Origin: Eledone cirrhosa
Lineage: Eukaryota
DNA: 64,000 nt
Direction: 5' to 3'
Assembly: GCA_964016885.1 (NCBI GenBank)
Contig: OZ024746.1
Coordinates: 91,450,001 to 91,514,000, forward strand
In this document: one piece after another, positions 11,922 through 25,455 of the stretch
Layout of the letters: each line of letters opens with the position of its first letter
Position numbering within the stretch: the first letter of the stretch is position 1
Made by a program: the position numbers and the translations under genes
The notes under the pieces: model-generated
Told to the model about the DNA's origin: nothing
Database searches by the model: none
What the model saw: only the letters and a program-made list of their open reading frames with translations

Positions 11922-12820
11922 ATTACTAGTTGTTAAACGTTCTATCAATATGTAAACATTAGATGTTAACTTCTATCAATATGTAAACATTAGAAGATGT
12001 TAACTGTTCTATCAATATGTAAACATTAGATGTTAACTGTTCTATCAATATGTAAACATTACTAGTTGTTAACTGTTTTATCAATATGTAAACATTAGAT
12101 GATGTTAACTATTCTATCAATATGTAAACATTAGTAGATGTTAACTGTTCTATCAATATGTAAACATTAGAAGATGTTAACTGTTCTATCAATATGTAAA
12201 CATTAGATGATGTTAACTGTTCTATCAATATGTAAACATTAGAAGATGTTAACTGTTCTATCAATATGTAAACATTAGAAGTTGTTAACTGTTCTATCAA
12301 TATGTAAACATTAGAAGATGTTAACTGTTCTATCAATATGTAAACATTAGATGTTAACTGTTCTATCAATATGTAAACATTAGAAGTTGTTAACTGTTCT
12401 ATCAATATGTAAACATTAGAAGTTGTTAACTATTCTATCAATATGTAAACATTAGATGTTAACTGTTCTATCAATATGTAAACATTAGAAGATGTTAATT
12501 GTTCTATCAATATGTAAACATTAGAAGTTGTTAACTATTCTATCAATATGTAAACATTAGAAGTTGTTAACTATTCTATCAATATGTAAACATTAGAAGA
12601 TGTTAACTGTTCTATCAATATGTAAACATTAGAAGATGTTAACTGTTCTATCAATATGTAAACATTAGATGTTAACTGTTCTATCAATATGTAAACATTA
12701 GAAGATGTTAACTGTTCTATCAATATGTAAACATTAGATGTTAACTGTTCTATCAATATGTAAACATTACTAGTTGTTAACTATTCTATCAATATGTAAA
12801 CATTACTAGTTGTTAACGTT
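11922..12820. repeat. Minisatellite, 33/36-bp unit TTCTATCAATATGTAAACATTAG(AAG)ATGTTAACTG, ~25 copies
   Basis: Seen directly. Confidence 0.95.
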
Positions 12821-12968
12821 GTGTCAACATTGTCAGATGAATGCTTGGGCCAACATAGAAGATTTCGAAACAAATAAATAATTGTTTGTTTACATTGGTA
12901 GTAACAATGGTTGTCTGGAGTTAACTACCTCAATACTGTTGTAGGGGAGGGGTTGAAGGAAAGAAGGA

Positions 12969-14050
12969 ATCATCTTCATCACCATCACCACCACCACCAT
13001 CATCATCACCATCACCACCATCATCATCTTCACCACCATCACCATCATCATCACCATCACCACCATCATCATCTTCACCACCATCACCATCATCATCATC
13101 ATCACCACCATCATCACCATCATCATCATCTTCACCACCACCACCATCATCACCACCATCATCACCATCATCATCATCTTCACCACCATCATCACCACCA
13201 TCACTACCATCATCATCATCTTCACCACCATGGACACTAACACACACACACATATGCACACACATACACAGACACAGGCACACATACATATACACGCACA
13301 TACACATATAAAGGCACACATACATATACGCACACACACATACACACACACACACATACACACACTTCTGCTTGGTGTTAATGGAAGTTGGCAGTTTGAA
13401 TTATTCCACAATCACCTATCTAATGTTGCTGATGATGATGATGTGGTGGTGGTGGTGGTGGTGGTAGGGGTGGTGGTGGTGGTGGTAGCAGCGGTGGTGG
13501 TGATGGGGCTGCTGGTGGTGGTGGTGGTGGTGGTACAGGCTGTGGTGATGGTGATGATGTTGGTGGTGGTGATGGTGTTGTGGTGGTGATGATAATGGTG
13601 GTGGTACAGGCCGTTGTGGTGGTGGTGGTGTTGTTGTTGGTGTTGGTGGTGTTGTTGTTGTTGTTGTTGGTGATTTGTTTTTGACAATCTTTCTGTTTTT
13701 TTTCTTTAATTATCTGGAAGTCTTACTGTGTGTGTGTGACTGTATGTGTGTCTCTGTATGTCTGACTGTATATGTGTGTGTCTGTATGTGTGTGTGTATG
13801 GTATGTGTGACTGTATGTGTGTGTGTCTGTATGTGTGACTGTGTGTGTATATGTATGTGTGTATGCATGTACATAGTGTGTATGTATGTGTCTGTCTGTG
13901 TATGTGTTTGTGTGTATGTATGTGTCTGTGTGTGTGTATGTATGTGTGTAATGTGTGTATGTGTGTCTATATGTATGTGTGTCTGTATGTATGTATGTGT
14001 GTATGTGTGTCTGTCTGTATGTATGTATGTATGTATGTCTGTATGTGTGA
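12969..14050. repeat. Compound microsatellites (CAT/CAC)n, (CA)n, (GGT/GTT)n, (GT)n
   Basis: Seen directly. Confidence 0.95.
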
Positions 14051-14133
14051 CTCTGGTGAGTCTTCTTCCATGTTGATTTAGTCTGTTAAGTCTGGTAACA
14101 GCAATGAAGAGAAAATCAACATTATTAATGATA

Positions 14134-14203
14134 CGGGGTCGATAAAATAAAGTACCAGTAATGCACTGGGTATTTGCTGGCCTTGTGCCTAAAGTAGAAA
14201 CAA
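14134..14203 (+). mobile_element. 5'-truncated Nin-like SINE with TSD
   Basis: ATTATTAATGATA on both sides. Confidence 0.8.
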
Positions 14204-14569
14204 TTATTAATGATAGCACTGCCATTGCTGGTTTCTACCACCAGATGACTGGTATATGCCATATATAGAGGAAGAATTGACCCCAGCACTTTACTGGTAC
14301 ATTTTTTTTATCAACCTACAATGGACGAAAGGCAAAGTTGACTTTGGAGAGTTGAAACAAATACCACAAGGTATTCCATCTGATGTCCTAACAATACTTT
14401 TAATTTACTCTTTCTTTCCTCCATCATATGCCAAAATTGGGGGAAGGATATAATCAATTAAATTGACCCCAGTATTTATCTGGTACTTTATTTTATCAAC
14501 CCAACACTTGACTTTTACTTTTTTATTGACTCTAGAAGGCTGAAAGGCAGAAGTGACCTCAGCAACCCA

Positions 14570-14806
14570 ACAACTGGGGACATGGGGGGAGAGGGGTTTA
14601 CAACTGGGGACATAGAGGGGGGAGGGTGCTACAACTGGAGACATAGAGGGGGGGGCTACAACTGGGGACATAGAGAGGGTGGCTACAACTGGGGACATAG
14701 AGAGGGTGGCTACAACTGGGGACATAGAGGGGGGGGGCTACAACTGGGGACATAGAGGGGGTGGCTACAACTGGGGACATAGAGAGGGTGGCTACAACTG
14801 AGGACA
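14570..14806. repeat. G-rich ~27-bp minisatellite CAACTGGGGACATAGAGAGGGTGGCTA, ~9 copies
   Basis: Seen directly. Confidence 0.9.
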
Positions 14807-14930
14807 GTAATTATTAACTTTTGACTCTTTCACTCATCAAGAAAATTAAAAAGTCTTCATTTAATTATTATAGCGATATTAAAACATGGCGAATAATTAC
14901 ACTTCGAGAACTTTTGGTGTAGAGGCAAAA

Positions 14931-15082
14931 ATAATTGTAGCTACTTTTGGCACATGGCCAGCAATTACCCAGTGCATTACTGGTACTTTATTTTATCAAC
15001 GCTGTAAGGATGAAAGGTAAAGTTAACCTCGGCGGGATTTGAACTCAGATCAGAAAGGGACGTAACTCTTTGCTGTAAAGCA
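14931..15082 (-). mobile_element. Truncated Nin-like SINE
   Basis: Reverse complement of consensus. Confidence 0.85.
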
Positions 15083-15336
15083 CAACAAAATAATGTTTTT
15101 ACCCAGTATATTTCAACATATTTCAGACTTAACACCCTCTTATCAAATGTAAAAACAAAAACAGTATTCCAGGAGTGACATTGAGGCTCCCTCTTTTGTT
15201 TGAGGCAACTGGTTAATATTTAGTGACAGGCCTAAATTCTGAAGGTTACTATGAGGTTTATTTGTAGTAGTAACTCTGGTAAATAGCTTATTTAACAAAA
15301 TATTAATCTGGTAACTGAAGTTTAGCAGCTCATTTA

Positions 15337-16709
15337 TTTACCTTGACATGGTTTACTATTTCTGTCCATTACCGTGACATAGTTTACTATTTCTGTCAAT
15401 TACCTTGACATAGTTTACTATTTCTGTCAATTACCGTGATATAGTTTACTATTTCTGTCAATTACCGTGACATAGCTTACTATTTCTGTCAATTTCTAGG
15501 ACATAGCTTACTATTTCTGTCAATTACCTTGACATAGTTTCCTATTTCTGTCAATTTACTATTTCTATCAATTACCATGACCCCAGTTCACTATTTCTGT
15601 CAATTACCGTGACATAGTTTACTATTTCTGTCAATTACCTTGACATAGTTTACTATTTCTGTCAATTACCTTGACATAGTGTACTATTTCTGTCAATTAC
15701 CGTGACATAGTTTACTATTTCTGTCAATTACCTTGACATAGTTTACTATTTCTGTCAATTACCTTGACATAGTTTACTATTTATGTCCATTACCGTGACA
15801 TAGTTTACTATTTCTGTCCATTACCGTGACATAGTTTACTATTTCTGTCCATTACCGTGACATAGTTTACTATTTCTGTGAATTACCTTGACATAGTTTA
15901 CTATTTCTGTCCATTACCGTGACATAGTTTACTATTTCTGTCAATTGCCTTGACATAGTTTACTATTTCTGTCAATTACCTTGACATAGTTTACTATTTC
16001 TGTCAATTACCTTGACATAGTTTACTATTTCTGTCAATTACCTTGACATAGTTTACTATTTCTGTCAATTACCTTGACATAGTTTACTATTTCTGTCAAT
16101 TACCTTGACATAGTTTACTATTTCTGTGAATTACCTTGACATAGTTTACTATTTCTGTGAATTACCTTGACATAGTTTACTATTTCTGTCAATTACCGTG
16201 ACATAGTTTACTATTTCTGTCAATTACCTTGACATAGTTTACTATTTCTGTCAATTACCATGACATAGTTTACTATTTCTGTCAATTACCTTGACATAGT
16301 TTACCATTTCTGTCAATTACCTTGACATAGTTTACTATTTCTGTGAATTACCTTGACATAGTTTACTATTTCTGTCAATTACCTTGACATAGTTTACTAT
16401 TTCTGTGAATTACCTTGACATAGTTTACTATTTCTGTCAATTACCTTGACATAGTTTACTATTTCTGTGAATTACCTTGACATAGTTTACTATTTCTGTC
16501 AATTACCTTGACATAGTTTACTATTTCTGTCAATTACCGTGACATAGTTTACTATTTCTGTCAATTACCTTGACATAGTTTACTATTTCTGTCAATTACC
16601 GTGACATAGTTTACTATTTCTGTCAATTACCTTGACATAGTTTACTATTTCTGTCAATTACCGTGACATAGTTTACTATTTCTGTCAATTACCTGGACAT
16701 AGTTTACTA
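15337..16709. repeat. 31-bp minisatellite TTACCTTGACATAGTTTACTATTTCTGTCAA, ~44 copies
   Basis: Seen directly. Confidence 0.97.
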
Positions 16710-17753
16710 GATTTTCTGAGTTAAAATCCTGTTACAGTCAACTTAGTCTTTCACCCTTTAGTATTTACATTACTCTACAGTGTATATACTACTGTATTTT
16801 CGTGGTAAAGGCTTTATCTGTCATAAAGAAAAGGAAGGACCACATTGGACAATATAGTTCTAAATATAGACGATGAGATAGTCATGGTGAGAATGTCTTT
16901 GAACATAGGTTTGTTGATAAAGGCTAACCTGGGGCTAAACAACAACTTGTTTGACCTTTTGATTAACATTCCTGCAGCAAGACCAGTTGGTCAAGTCAGT
17001 TGTCACTTGTACTATACTTGCATACAAAGCTTTTGTTTTCTAAAACCATTCTATTTTGGATGGTATACCATCCTACACCGTAAACTTCTATAAATATATT
17101 ATTACTAAATGTCTAAACTGGAAATATCACCAATTTATATTTCTTTATGAATGCTTGATATGATATTTTATACTCACAGGTGTACAATTATGTGTACACA
17201 GACACAGACAGACGTGTATGTGTACACAGACACTGGTTTATGTGTACACAGCCACATTTATGCGTAGACAGACATTTATGTGTACACAGCCACATTAACG
17301 TTTGTGTGTAGACAGTCACAGTCACACAAACACACAGTCAACAGACAGTGTTTCTATGTGATATTAACATTTTCATTATTCATTCTATAAAAAAAAACTA
17401 CCATCAATATTTATTATTGAATAAGTTTTGACTTGTATGTCTCAGCTGAAGCCAATCTGGTATATATCATTGAATTACCAAAGATTTCCAATACTTGCAG
17501 ACTAACAGCACTTCCTGAATCTTGAAAACATAAGATAGGAAGTATTGTATTAGTCATTTGCTTGTTTTATTTTTGTTAGAATCAACGACTAACCAAAACA
17601 AAGGTATGAAGATCAATTTATAAGATAAACTGAATAAGCAAGTAGCTTCCATGAACCTTTTACTACACATTCAGATTGCTGTGAGCTTTTCATACTCAGG
17701 CATTTGAGATTATATATATACTTAGGAGACGAAGCAAGTCAAATAGAACAGAC

Positions 17754-17808
<55 letters not shown>

Positions 17809-18881
17809 AGCCACTATTTAGGCAAAGACACTAACAAAAGACTTCACAATAATCAAGTAATTGTGATTCCCCTTAGCCTAGAAATATATTCAGATCAGTC
17901 TTGAACAAACAAAAGGCTACAAGACAGTGGGAGGAAATAATAGTTATTTCTGAAAGCAAAATGCAATGAAATAGTATTTGATGTAATTTTTCAGTTTTTC
18001 TGAAGTTGTTTTCTTGAACAATCAACATGTCTATCGTACTCTAATGTCGTTTACTTGCTCTAAAACTATCTTATGTAATGATTTCTTGTCAAAAATATAT
18101 GTGTGTGTAAAAACTACTGTAATAAACTAATGTTATAATCAATACTCTATATTGCTCTCACAGAATGTTATTAATGGCCATACTATATTGTAGCTTGCCA
18201 ATTTACATATGGATAAGACTCTTCTCAGTTATTAGTAGATAATTAATAGTTCAGTAATAACATTTTCATTTTATATACTTGTTTATATATATTGTAAAAT
18301 TGTATTGCTTCGCTATAGACATAATTCACATAATTATGTTTTCAACTTATAAAAAATAACCAGCCTATCCAGGTAGCGTAATAAGCCAATGAATGGTGAT
18401 TATATTTGGGTGTATGAGTGTGGGGAGGTGATATTTATGCATAAAATTTGATAGAAATTGATTCAATAAATAAAATGTTATCAGAAGAAATATTATTTGT
18501 CATAAAAAAAAGAAAAGAAATAATGTGTTTTGTCCAAGATAGCAAATATATAATAACATGTATAATTGTAAAAAATACATTAGTTTATTTGAAAGTTCTT
18601 GAAACTTGGAAAAGAAAATGTCCACAATTAGATAAAATGATAACTTATAACTTTACTGACAATTTTCGAAGATAACACAGACTAGACATTTAAAATATAG
18701 TTCTTTAATATACTATTAGAAAAATCTCTGATGTACAACAATGTTTTTATTATATAGCCGATGACTAAAGACACTAATATTGACATTTTAAAGGTTATGA
18801 GTTCAATTGGAGTTTGAATACTTTGGAAAAAATCTCAATCTATGGGGGAATTATTTGAAATTAATATATACATATATATAT

Positions 18882-19120
18882 AAAGCACCCAGCCCACACT
18901 GTAAAGTAGACGTGTAGGCGCCATGGAAAAAAAGCACCCAGCACTCACTGTAAATGAGGTTGGTGTTAGGAAGGGCATCCAGCTGTAGAAATCAAGCCAG
19001 AATCAGTTCCCATATGAGTAAGACAAGGTTAGCCGACCGGGCACTGCCCACAACAGGACAACCCGTCTAACCCATGCTAGCCTGGAAGAACGGATGTAAA
19101 ATGGTGATGATGATGATGAT
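18882..19120 (+). mobile_element. RTE LINE 3' UTR fragment with Meta-like motif and (GAT)n tail
   Basis: GTTAGGAAGGGCATCCAGCTGTAGAAA; colinear with the reverse complement of ~49495-49725. Confidence 0.8.
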
Positions 19121-19698
19121 ATAAACAATCGACCACGAAGCTCACAAGCCACATATAATCACTCAAAGATGCAAATGTGAAATACTCCTATCAATGGGAA
19201 TTTGTCTTGTGGGTTGTGCATGAGGGATGAATAAATATCTTGCAGAGATTACATAATAGAACCTATCTGAATGCAAGATCTGATTTCTATAATCAGTGTC
19301 CACACACCACCAAATACCCTCCCTTCACACAGTTGATGATGTTAAGGCTTAGATACCCTCCCTGTACACATGTTTTTTCTTTGTTACAGTGGACTGACAT
19401 AATCACTTCAATGGTAGACAAACTTCACTGCTGTGTTTAGTTAGACTTCTTTACATTATGATTTCAAATCTCACCAAAGTCATTTTTGTTTTTCATCCTT
19501 CTGGGGTTGATGACGTAAGTACCAGTTAAGTACTGGGGTTAATATTATTGATTATGCCCTCACCAAAAAAAGAGAACTTGTGTTTATATAATAAATCAAT
19601 ATTGCACATTCAATGGATCAGGCTTGCTTTGTTTCTCTTCAGCCCCAGAAGATTTTAAAAATACAATGCTGATATCTCATTATTATGTAGTATTACAA

Positions 19699-20047
19699 GG
19701 GCGGTGGATTGACAGTATCGGTAGAGGGTCAGACGTCATGCTTTGACGCATAGTTACGGCCCTTTCCATTCTGAGTTCAAATCCCACCGAGGTCAACTTT
19801 GCCTTTCATCCTTATGGGGTCGATAAAATAAAGTACCAGTAATGTACTGGGTAATTGCTGGCCTTGTGCCAAAAGTAGAAACAATTATGTAGTAATACAA
19901 GGGCGGTGAATTGGCAGTATTGGTAGAGGGTTGGATGCCATGCTTTCTAGCATAGTTACGTCCCTTTATGGTCTCAGTTCAAATCCTGCCGATGTTAACT
20001 TTGCCTTTCATCCTTACAGGGTCGATAAAATAAAGTACCAGTAATGT
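19699..20047 (+). mobile_element. Tandem pair of Nin-like SINEs
   Basis: Two consensus copies; ATGTAGTA(T/A)TACAA before, between and after them. Confidence 0.88.
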
Positions 20048-20464
20048 AGTAATACAATTCCTATACCCTTTGTAGCTGTGGTAACCCTCACCATTCTTCC
20101 TTTTTTTGGTACCGCTATTATACCTTGCTAAATCTAGTTTATTATTGGGTTGATTCTTCTTATGTCATTCTCACTTCTTCCCTCATTTTTTCTCTTTCTT
20201 TGGAAGAAACCTGCGTTCAGACCTGGAGAGAGATGCCCTCCACCAAATTCAACATGCCCAAGATATGCCATATATCACTATGGTGCCCCTACAACTTTAG
20301 CAGGAATTAGGGGCTCATGAATAATCACTAATTTGACAGCTTATTTATCTAATTATCAATTATATCTAGTCAGCTGTCTGGGCAGTGAGTTCTATTTCTT
20401 GTAAATCTACCAGAGATCTTATTACACATTTTCTATACCCATTGTTTGTAATGAATCATTTTAT

Positions 20465-20663
20465 TTAACCCTTAACCATTTACATTACTCTATATACACT
20501 ACTGTACTTTCACGGTAAAGGCTTTATCTCACATAATATCGATTCTACGAGATTTTGAGAATAATACCTTAACATAAGTGAGCAGCTGGTTACAGCCAGT
20601 TATAGCCAGTTTGAACAGAAAGAAGTGAGAAAATTCTGGCCAGTTAAAATGCTAAAGTGTTAA
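20465..20663 (+). mobile_element. piggyBac-type MITE, family A
   Basis: TTAA-flanked, same body. Confidence 0.8.
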
Positions 20664-21859
20664 ATCTCTCTCAGCTACTTTCAAAACTTGGTTCATGTGT
20701 CTATAGTTATTGTAATCACTGGTGTAACTGTGTCTTAATTTACTCCTATATCAGTTAACAATGATATGATACACTATGTCATTAAATTAGTAACTATTAT
20801 ATGACTAAACTTATGCAACATCCCACTAACTTTATCACTTTGGTGATCCAGGGGTAGGTTTGTAGGAGGAGATACAGATGTTCTCTCAGCAAAATGGTCA
20901 TATATAAGCTATCATCTGACCAGAGACCTTTATAGTGGTTCCTTTTACAGTCTTCTACCTCATCTGCAATCATTGCAACTATAATAATGTACTTTATAGA
21001 GAAGAAGGATTAGTGGAGAGCAACTAGCATGTTGTAATTGTTTATAGGACTCTTAATGAACCAAACCAAAGCTGACACTTATAGCTATAATAAATCAACT
21101 GAGGTGGGGGGGGGGGGGGCTAAGAAAACTAGGTAAATGTAATAATGATAAATATATTTAGCAAGTTATCATAAATCATAAAATCAAATGTTAATGTCAG
21201 AAATATCAGCGAAACTTGGTTTTCATTTTTTCCCCTTTCTAGCTTTTTTTTTTAAATTCTATATTTTTATTTTGAAGGTTTTCTAGTTCTTCTCATGAGT
21301 TGAACTGATTTTTCCAGATGTACTGTTATCTTCACAACTGTTGCTATGGTATTTTACTCTCCCTAAAAAACCCACCTACCCATCCATTAACTCACCCACC
21401 CACTCATGGTTAACCCTGGAATTTCCTGAAGAAAAACATTTTTTTTTTTCATGGAAACTTAAAAAATTGGTGGGAAGGGGTTTACTGGTGCAGTTAGTTT
21501 TATAGATTAACCAGACAGATGTCAACAGCCTTCCCCCAGGGGTAGGAGGATAAGATAGACAGGTCAATAAGGGGTTGGGATAGTGCTTGAGGTTAAGTAC
21601 TACAGATAAACACAGCTGCAAACTGTTAGAGGTATGAGGGTGGGGTGGTAGAACTTTGAGGGTTGGTATGGATTTCATTTAGTCTCTCTGACATTCTGTC
21701 ATGTTTGGATTCATTTTCATACATATGTGCATCTGGGCATGCACATGTAACACACATACACATATAAACATGCATGCACACATGCACACATACACACATG
21801 CACACATACACACCATGAGGTACATTTATAAGCAAGGTGCTCATTCATATCCAGAAGAG

Positions 21860-21890
<31 letters not shown>

Positions 21891-22064
21891 TACACATTCA
21901 ATTCACTGATGCCTTATTACATACTCACACACATCCTCTATCTCTTTCTTTCTCTTTCTCTTTCTCTCTCTCTCTCTTTTATCCACACATCTGATATATT
22001 ACTACACTACCATACATACAATATCACACATAAGATTTTATCTATCTATGCCCCCCCCCCCCCC

Positions 22065-22107
<43 letters not shown>

Positions 22108-22189
22108 AAGTACGCTAGCAACCGAAGTGTTGTGTATATATAAAGTTATATCCGAATACATTATAGTGTGTGTAACAGAGACTGCACCA

Positions 22190-22236
<47 letters not shown>

Positions 22237-22307
22237 TACATACACACACATATTTGATATGAGTCTGTATATATGTATGTATATATATATATACATACAT
22301 ACATACA

Positions 22308-22845
22308 GCGGGATGTGAGGAAGGGCATTGCTGTTGCACTTCCAGACGGCGAGGGTCCTCCTATAGTGCTGACATGCAGCATCTGTGCGAGTCTCTGCCT
22401 CAGCAAAGCTGGACTCGAAAGTCATCTTCGCAGTCATAAAGTAAGACCAGTGGTTGACTACCAGGCTGCTGTTGGAGATGCTATTCATCATGCCTGCCAA
22501 GCATGTGGTAGAGAATGTAAATCAGCAGGAGGGCTCAAACGACATGCAAAAGTACATGAACTCCAACACAGCCGGCTATTCCCAGTGAATGTTTTGGTTG
22601 CCGACTCTGTGCAAGACATTTTAGATCATTGGCTGGGCTAAAAAGCCACATTCGATCGCAGCGCCGTTAATTGCTATCGTGGGTGTGTGTGTGTGTGTGT
22701 ATATATATATGTATATTGTTATTGTTGTTGTCGTTATTATTGTTGTTGTTATTATTATTATTATTATTGTTATTATTATGTTGTTTTTTGTTTTTGTTTT
22801 TTCTCGTGCAATGGCCATACTCGATAACGAGGGGGCAGCCATCAT
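22308..22845 (+). mobile_element. 5'-truncated RTE LINE encoding three C-terminal C2H2 fingers (frameshifted), with 3' UTR
   Basis: CSICASLCLSKAGLESHLRSH, CQACGRECKSAGGLKRHAKVH, CRLCARHFRSLAGLKSHIRS*; tail GGCCATACTCGATAACGAGGGGGCAGCCATCAT; near-identical copy at 45456. Confidence 0.75.
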
Positions 22846-23304
22846 ATATACACACATATTTTATATGTAGGTATGAGTCTGTATGTATATATATATATAT
22901 ATATATTGGTTTCCACCTGTTTTTAGTGGAGCCTGATATATATATATATATATATGTATATATATTATATAGCCCTACACATATGTACACTCTCTCCCTC
23001 TCTCTCCATATTTTCCTGTCTCCTACACTATTAACATTCATACATGTAAGCATGTATAAATGTTAAGAAATTTGCTTTGCAACCTTATTTTCTAGGTTCA
23101 ATTCCACTCTGTGGAGCTTTAGGTAAGTCTGTTGTGTGTGTGTATGGTGTGTGTATGTATGGTGTGTGTGTATGTGTGTGTTTCTGTTTACTCACCATGC
23201 TCCATATTAACCTTTAACACGCTAGATATGTTTATGAATTACTTCCCTTGAGACTGCATGAAAGGGCGATCACTCTATCAGTGATTTAATGCACCTGGAG
23301 CATA

Positions 23305-23692
23305 GTGTTCTGATTTAGAGGACATACTGTTCTGATTTAGGGGACATACTGTTCTGATTTAGGGGACATACTGTTCTGATTTAGGGGCGATATTGTTCTG
23401 ATTTAGGGGACATACTGTTCTGATTTAGGGGACATACTGTTCTGATTTAGGGGTCATACTGTTCTGATTTAGGGGTCATACTGTTCCCTATTTATAGGCC
23501 AAACTGTTCCCTATTTAGGGGACATACTGTTGTGATTTAGGGGCCATTATGTTCTGTTTAGGAGTCATACTGTTCTTATTTAGGGGCCATACTGTTCTGT
23601 TTAGGGGTCATACTGTTCTTATTTAGGGGCCATACTGTTCTTATTTAGAGGCCATACTGTTCCCTATTTAGGGGCCATACTGTTCCCTATTT
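23305..23692. repeat. 22-bp minisatellite TGTTCTGATTTAGGGGACATAC, ~17 copies
   Basis: Seen directly. Confidence 0.93.
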
Positions 23693-23849
23693 TCATGGAT
23701 ATTTCCACTGTATGTTTAATAATCAGCCAGAGATGGGGTTTAGTTAACTATAAAGGAGAAACAAGATCCTGCCATCATCTGGGATTTGGATTTGACCCCT
23801 ATTTTCAAATAAATAGGTCACTGCTTATGGCCTCCTTCACAAGTTTTCA

Positions 23850-24165
23850 ATCTTTTTCTTTTTCTCTTTCTCTTTCCTTCTTTCTTTCTCTTCCCCTTTC
23901 TTTCTCTTTCTTTCTGTCTCTTTCTCTTTCCTTCTCTATCCTTCTCCTTTCTCTATCCTTCTCCTTTCTTTCTCTTTTCTCTATCCTTCATTTTCAATTT
24001 TCCTTCGTTCCCTCCTTCTTTCATTTGTCTCTGTTTTCTTTCATTTCTTTATTCATGTCTTTTTCTGTCCTGGTCTCCTTTCTCTTCTTCTCTCTCTTCT
24101 CACTTCTTTTCTCTTTCCTTCTTTACCCCCTCCCCCCCATTTCCTTTTCTTTCTCCAACTCTTCT
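23850..24165. repeat. Polypyrimidine (CT/CTTT) low-complexity tract
   Basis: Seen directly. Confidence 0.85.
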
Positions 24166-25368
24166 CCAAATCAGTCTTTACTTCAAATACCGGAACTTGT
24201 CTTTGATATTTGACACAAATGTATTTGTCATTCCCTCAGAAATTTCCCTCTCATTATTAAGCTAGTCTTTGGAGCATAGCTTACAAACATTGTTATATAA
24301 AATTATGATGGAAAGTTTTTAGATAAACATATGCACTTTAAAACAAATAAATCTTTGTATAATAGAACCAGAGGCAGTTTCAAGTGGTTTGGTATCTAAA
24401 GAGTTAGGAACCTTGGTGTCTTTGAATAGCTAATAATTATTAGCCATTATAATCAGTCCGAGAGAACAAGAACCCAAGGTCAACAACCTTTCTAATGTTA
24501 GTGTCATGATAAAACACGACATATAAAAACAGTGAAAAGGATAAGATTTTGCACAGTTTTATATCATATTTTATGTCCCTTTTGTTAAATAATAGCATCA
24601 TTGGTGCAAGTTCCCAAATGGGCCAATCTCTTGTTCAGAGTTTCTGATGGCAACAATGAAAAAGGATTATCTGTGCAGATTGTGTGGAACAAATATCAAA
24701 CAGAGTATCTTTCTATTCAAAAGTACTGGACTGTAATTTTGTTTTCCTCATCTACATTTTTCATTGATATACAACAAGAAAAGATGAATGCACACACATG
24801 CATACCCCCCCCCCCACACACACACACAGACACACACATACATACACACACACAGACACACACAGAGTTTCTGCTTATTCAGAAGACATAAATAAATCAA
24901 GCAATATACTACGTAGTCAAATTGAACCTAGAACCATGTAATTGTGAAGTGTACTTCCTAATCAGCCATGCCTGCGCACCAATTTCCTTACTACTACCTT
25001 TACTCCACAAGTCTCCATTTCATGAAACACATTTTATCAATTATTATTTGTAAGTTTTCTTAAAGGTTTCATAATGAAATCCAATCTGAAGTTTGTTTAA
25101 AATATAAATTATTAATTTAACTGGACATTACTGATTACTGAGTAAACATTGCTTCTGTTATAAATACTTCCAAAACATGAGAAATATGTGTGAAAAGGTG
25201 AAGACAATTATTACACATGGTGAATACAAGTGATGGCAAACAGAACATTCATAAATATTTGGTGTGTGTATGTGTAAGAGTATGTGTGTGTGTGTGAGAG
25301 AGAGTTATATGAGTGTGAGAGTATGTGTGTGTGTATGGAAGGGTTCTGATTCGTAAATTTGTTCATAC

Positions 25369-25455
25369 AAATCATGACTTTATGAGGTTTTCTTGCAATT
25401 TGATAACCAAGAGTGATATCATTATGACTGCTTCTAAACTGAACTGGCACCATAA
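25369..25455 (-). CDS. Candidate 87-bp phase-1/phase-1 exon
   Basis: TTTTAG acceptor, MVPVQFRSSHNDITLGYQIARKPHKVMI, GTATGA donor; no homology recognised. Confidence 0.2.

Noticed and set aside
11922-16709. 31-36-bp arrays resembling CRISPR repeats
   Set aside because: Head-to-tail units with no unique spacers, no cas genes, eukaryotic context
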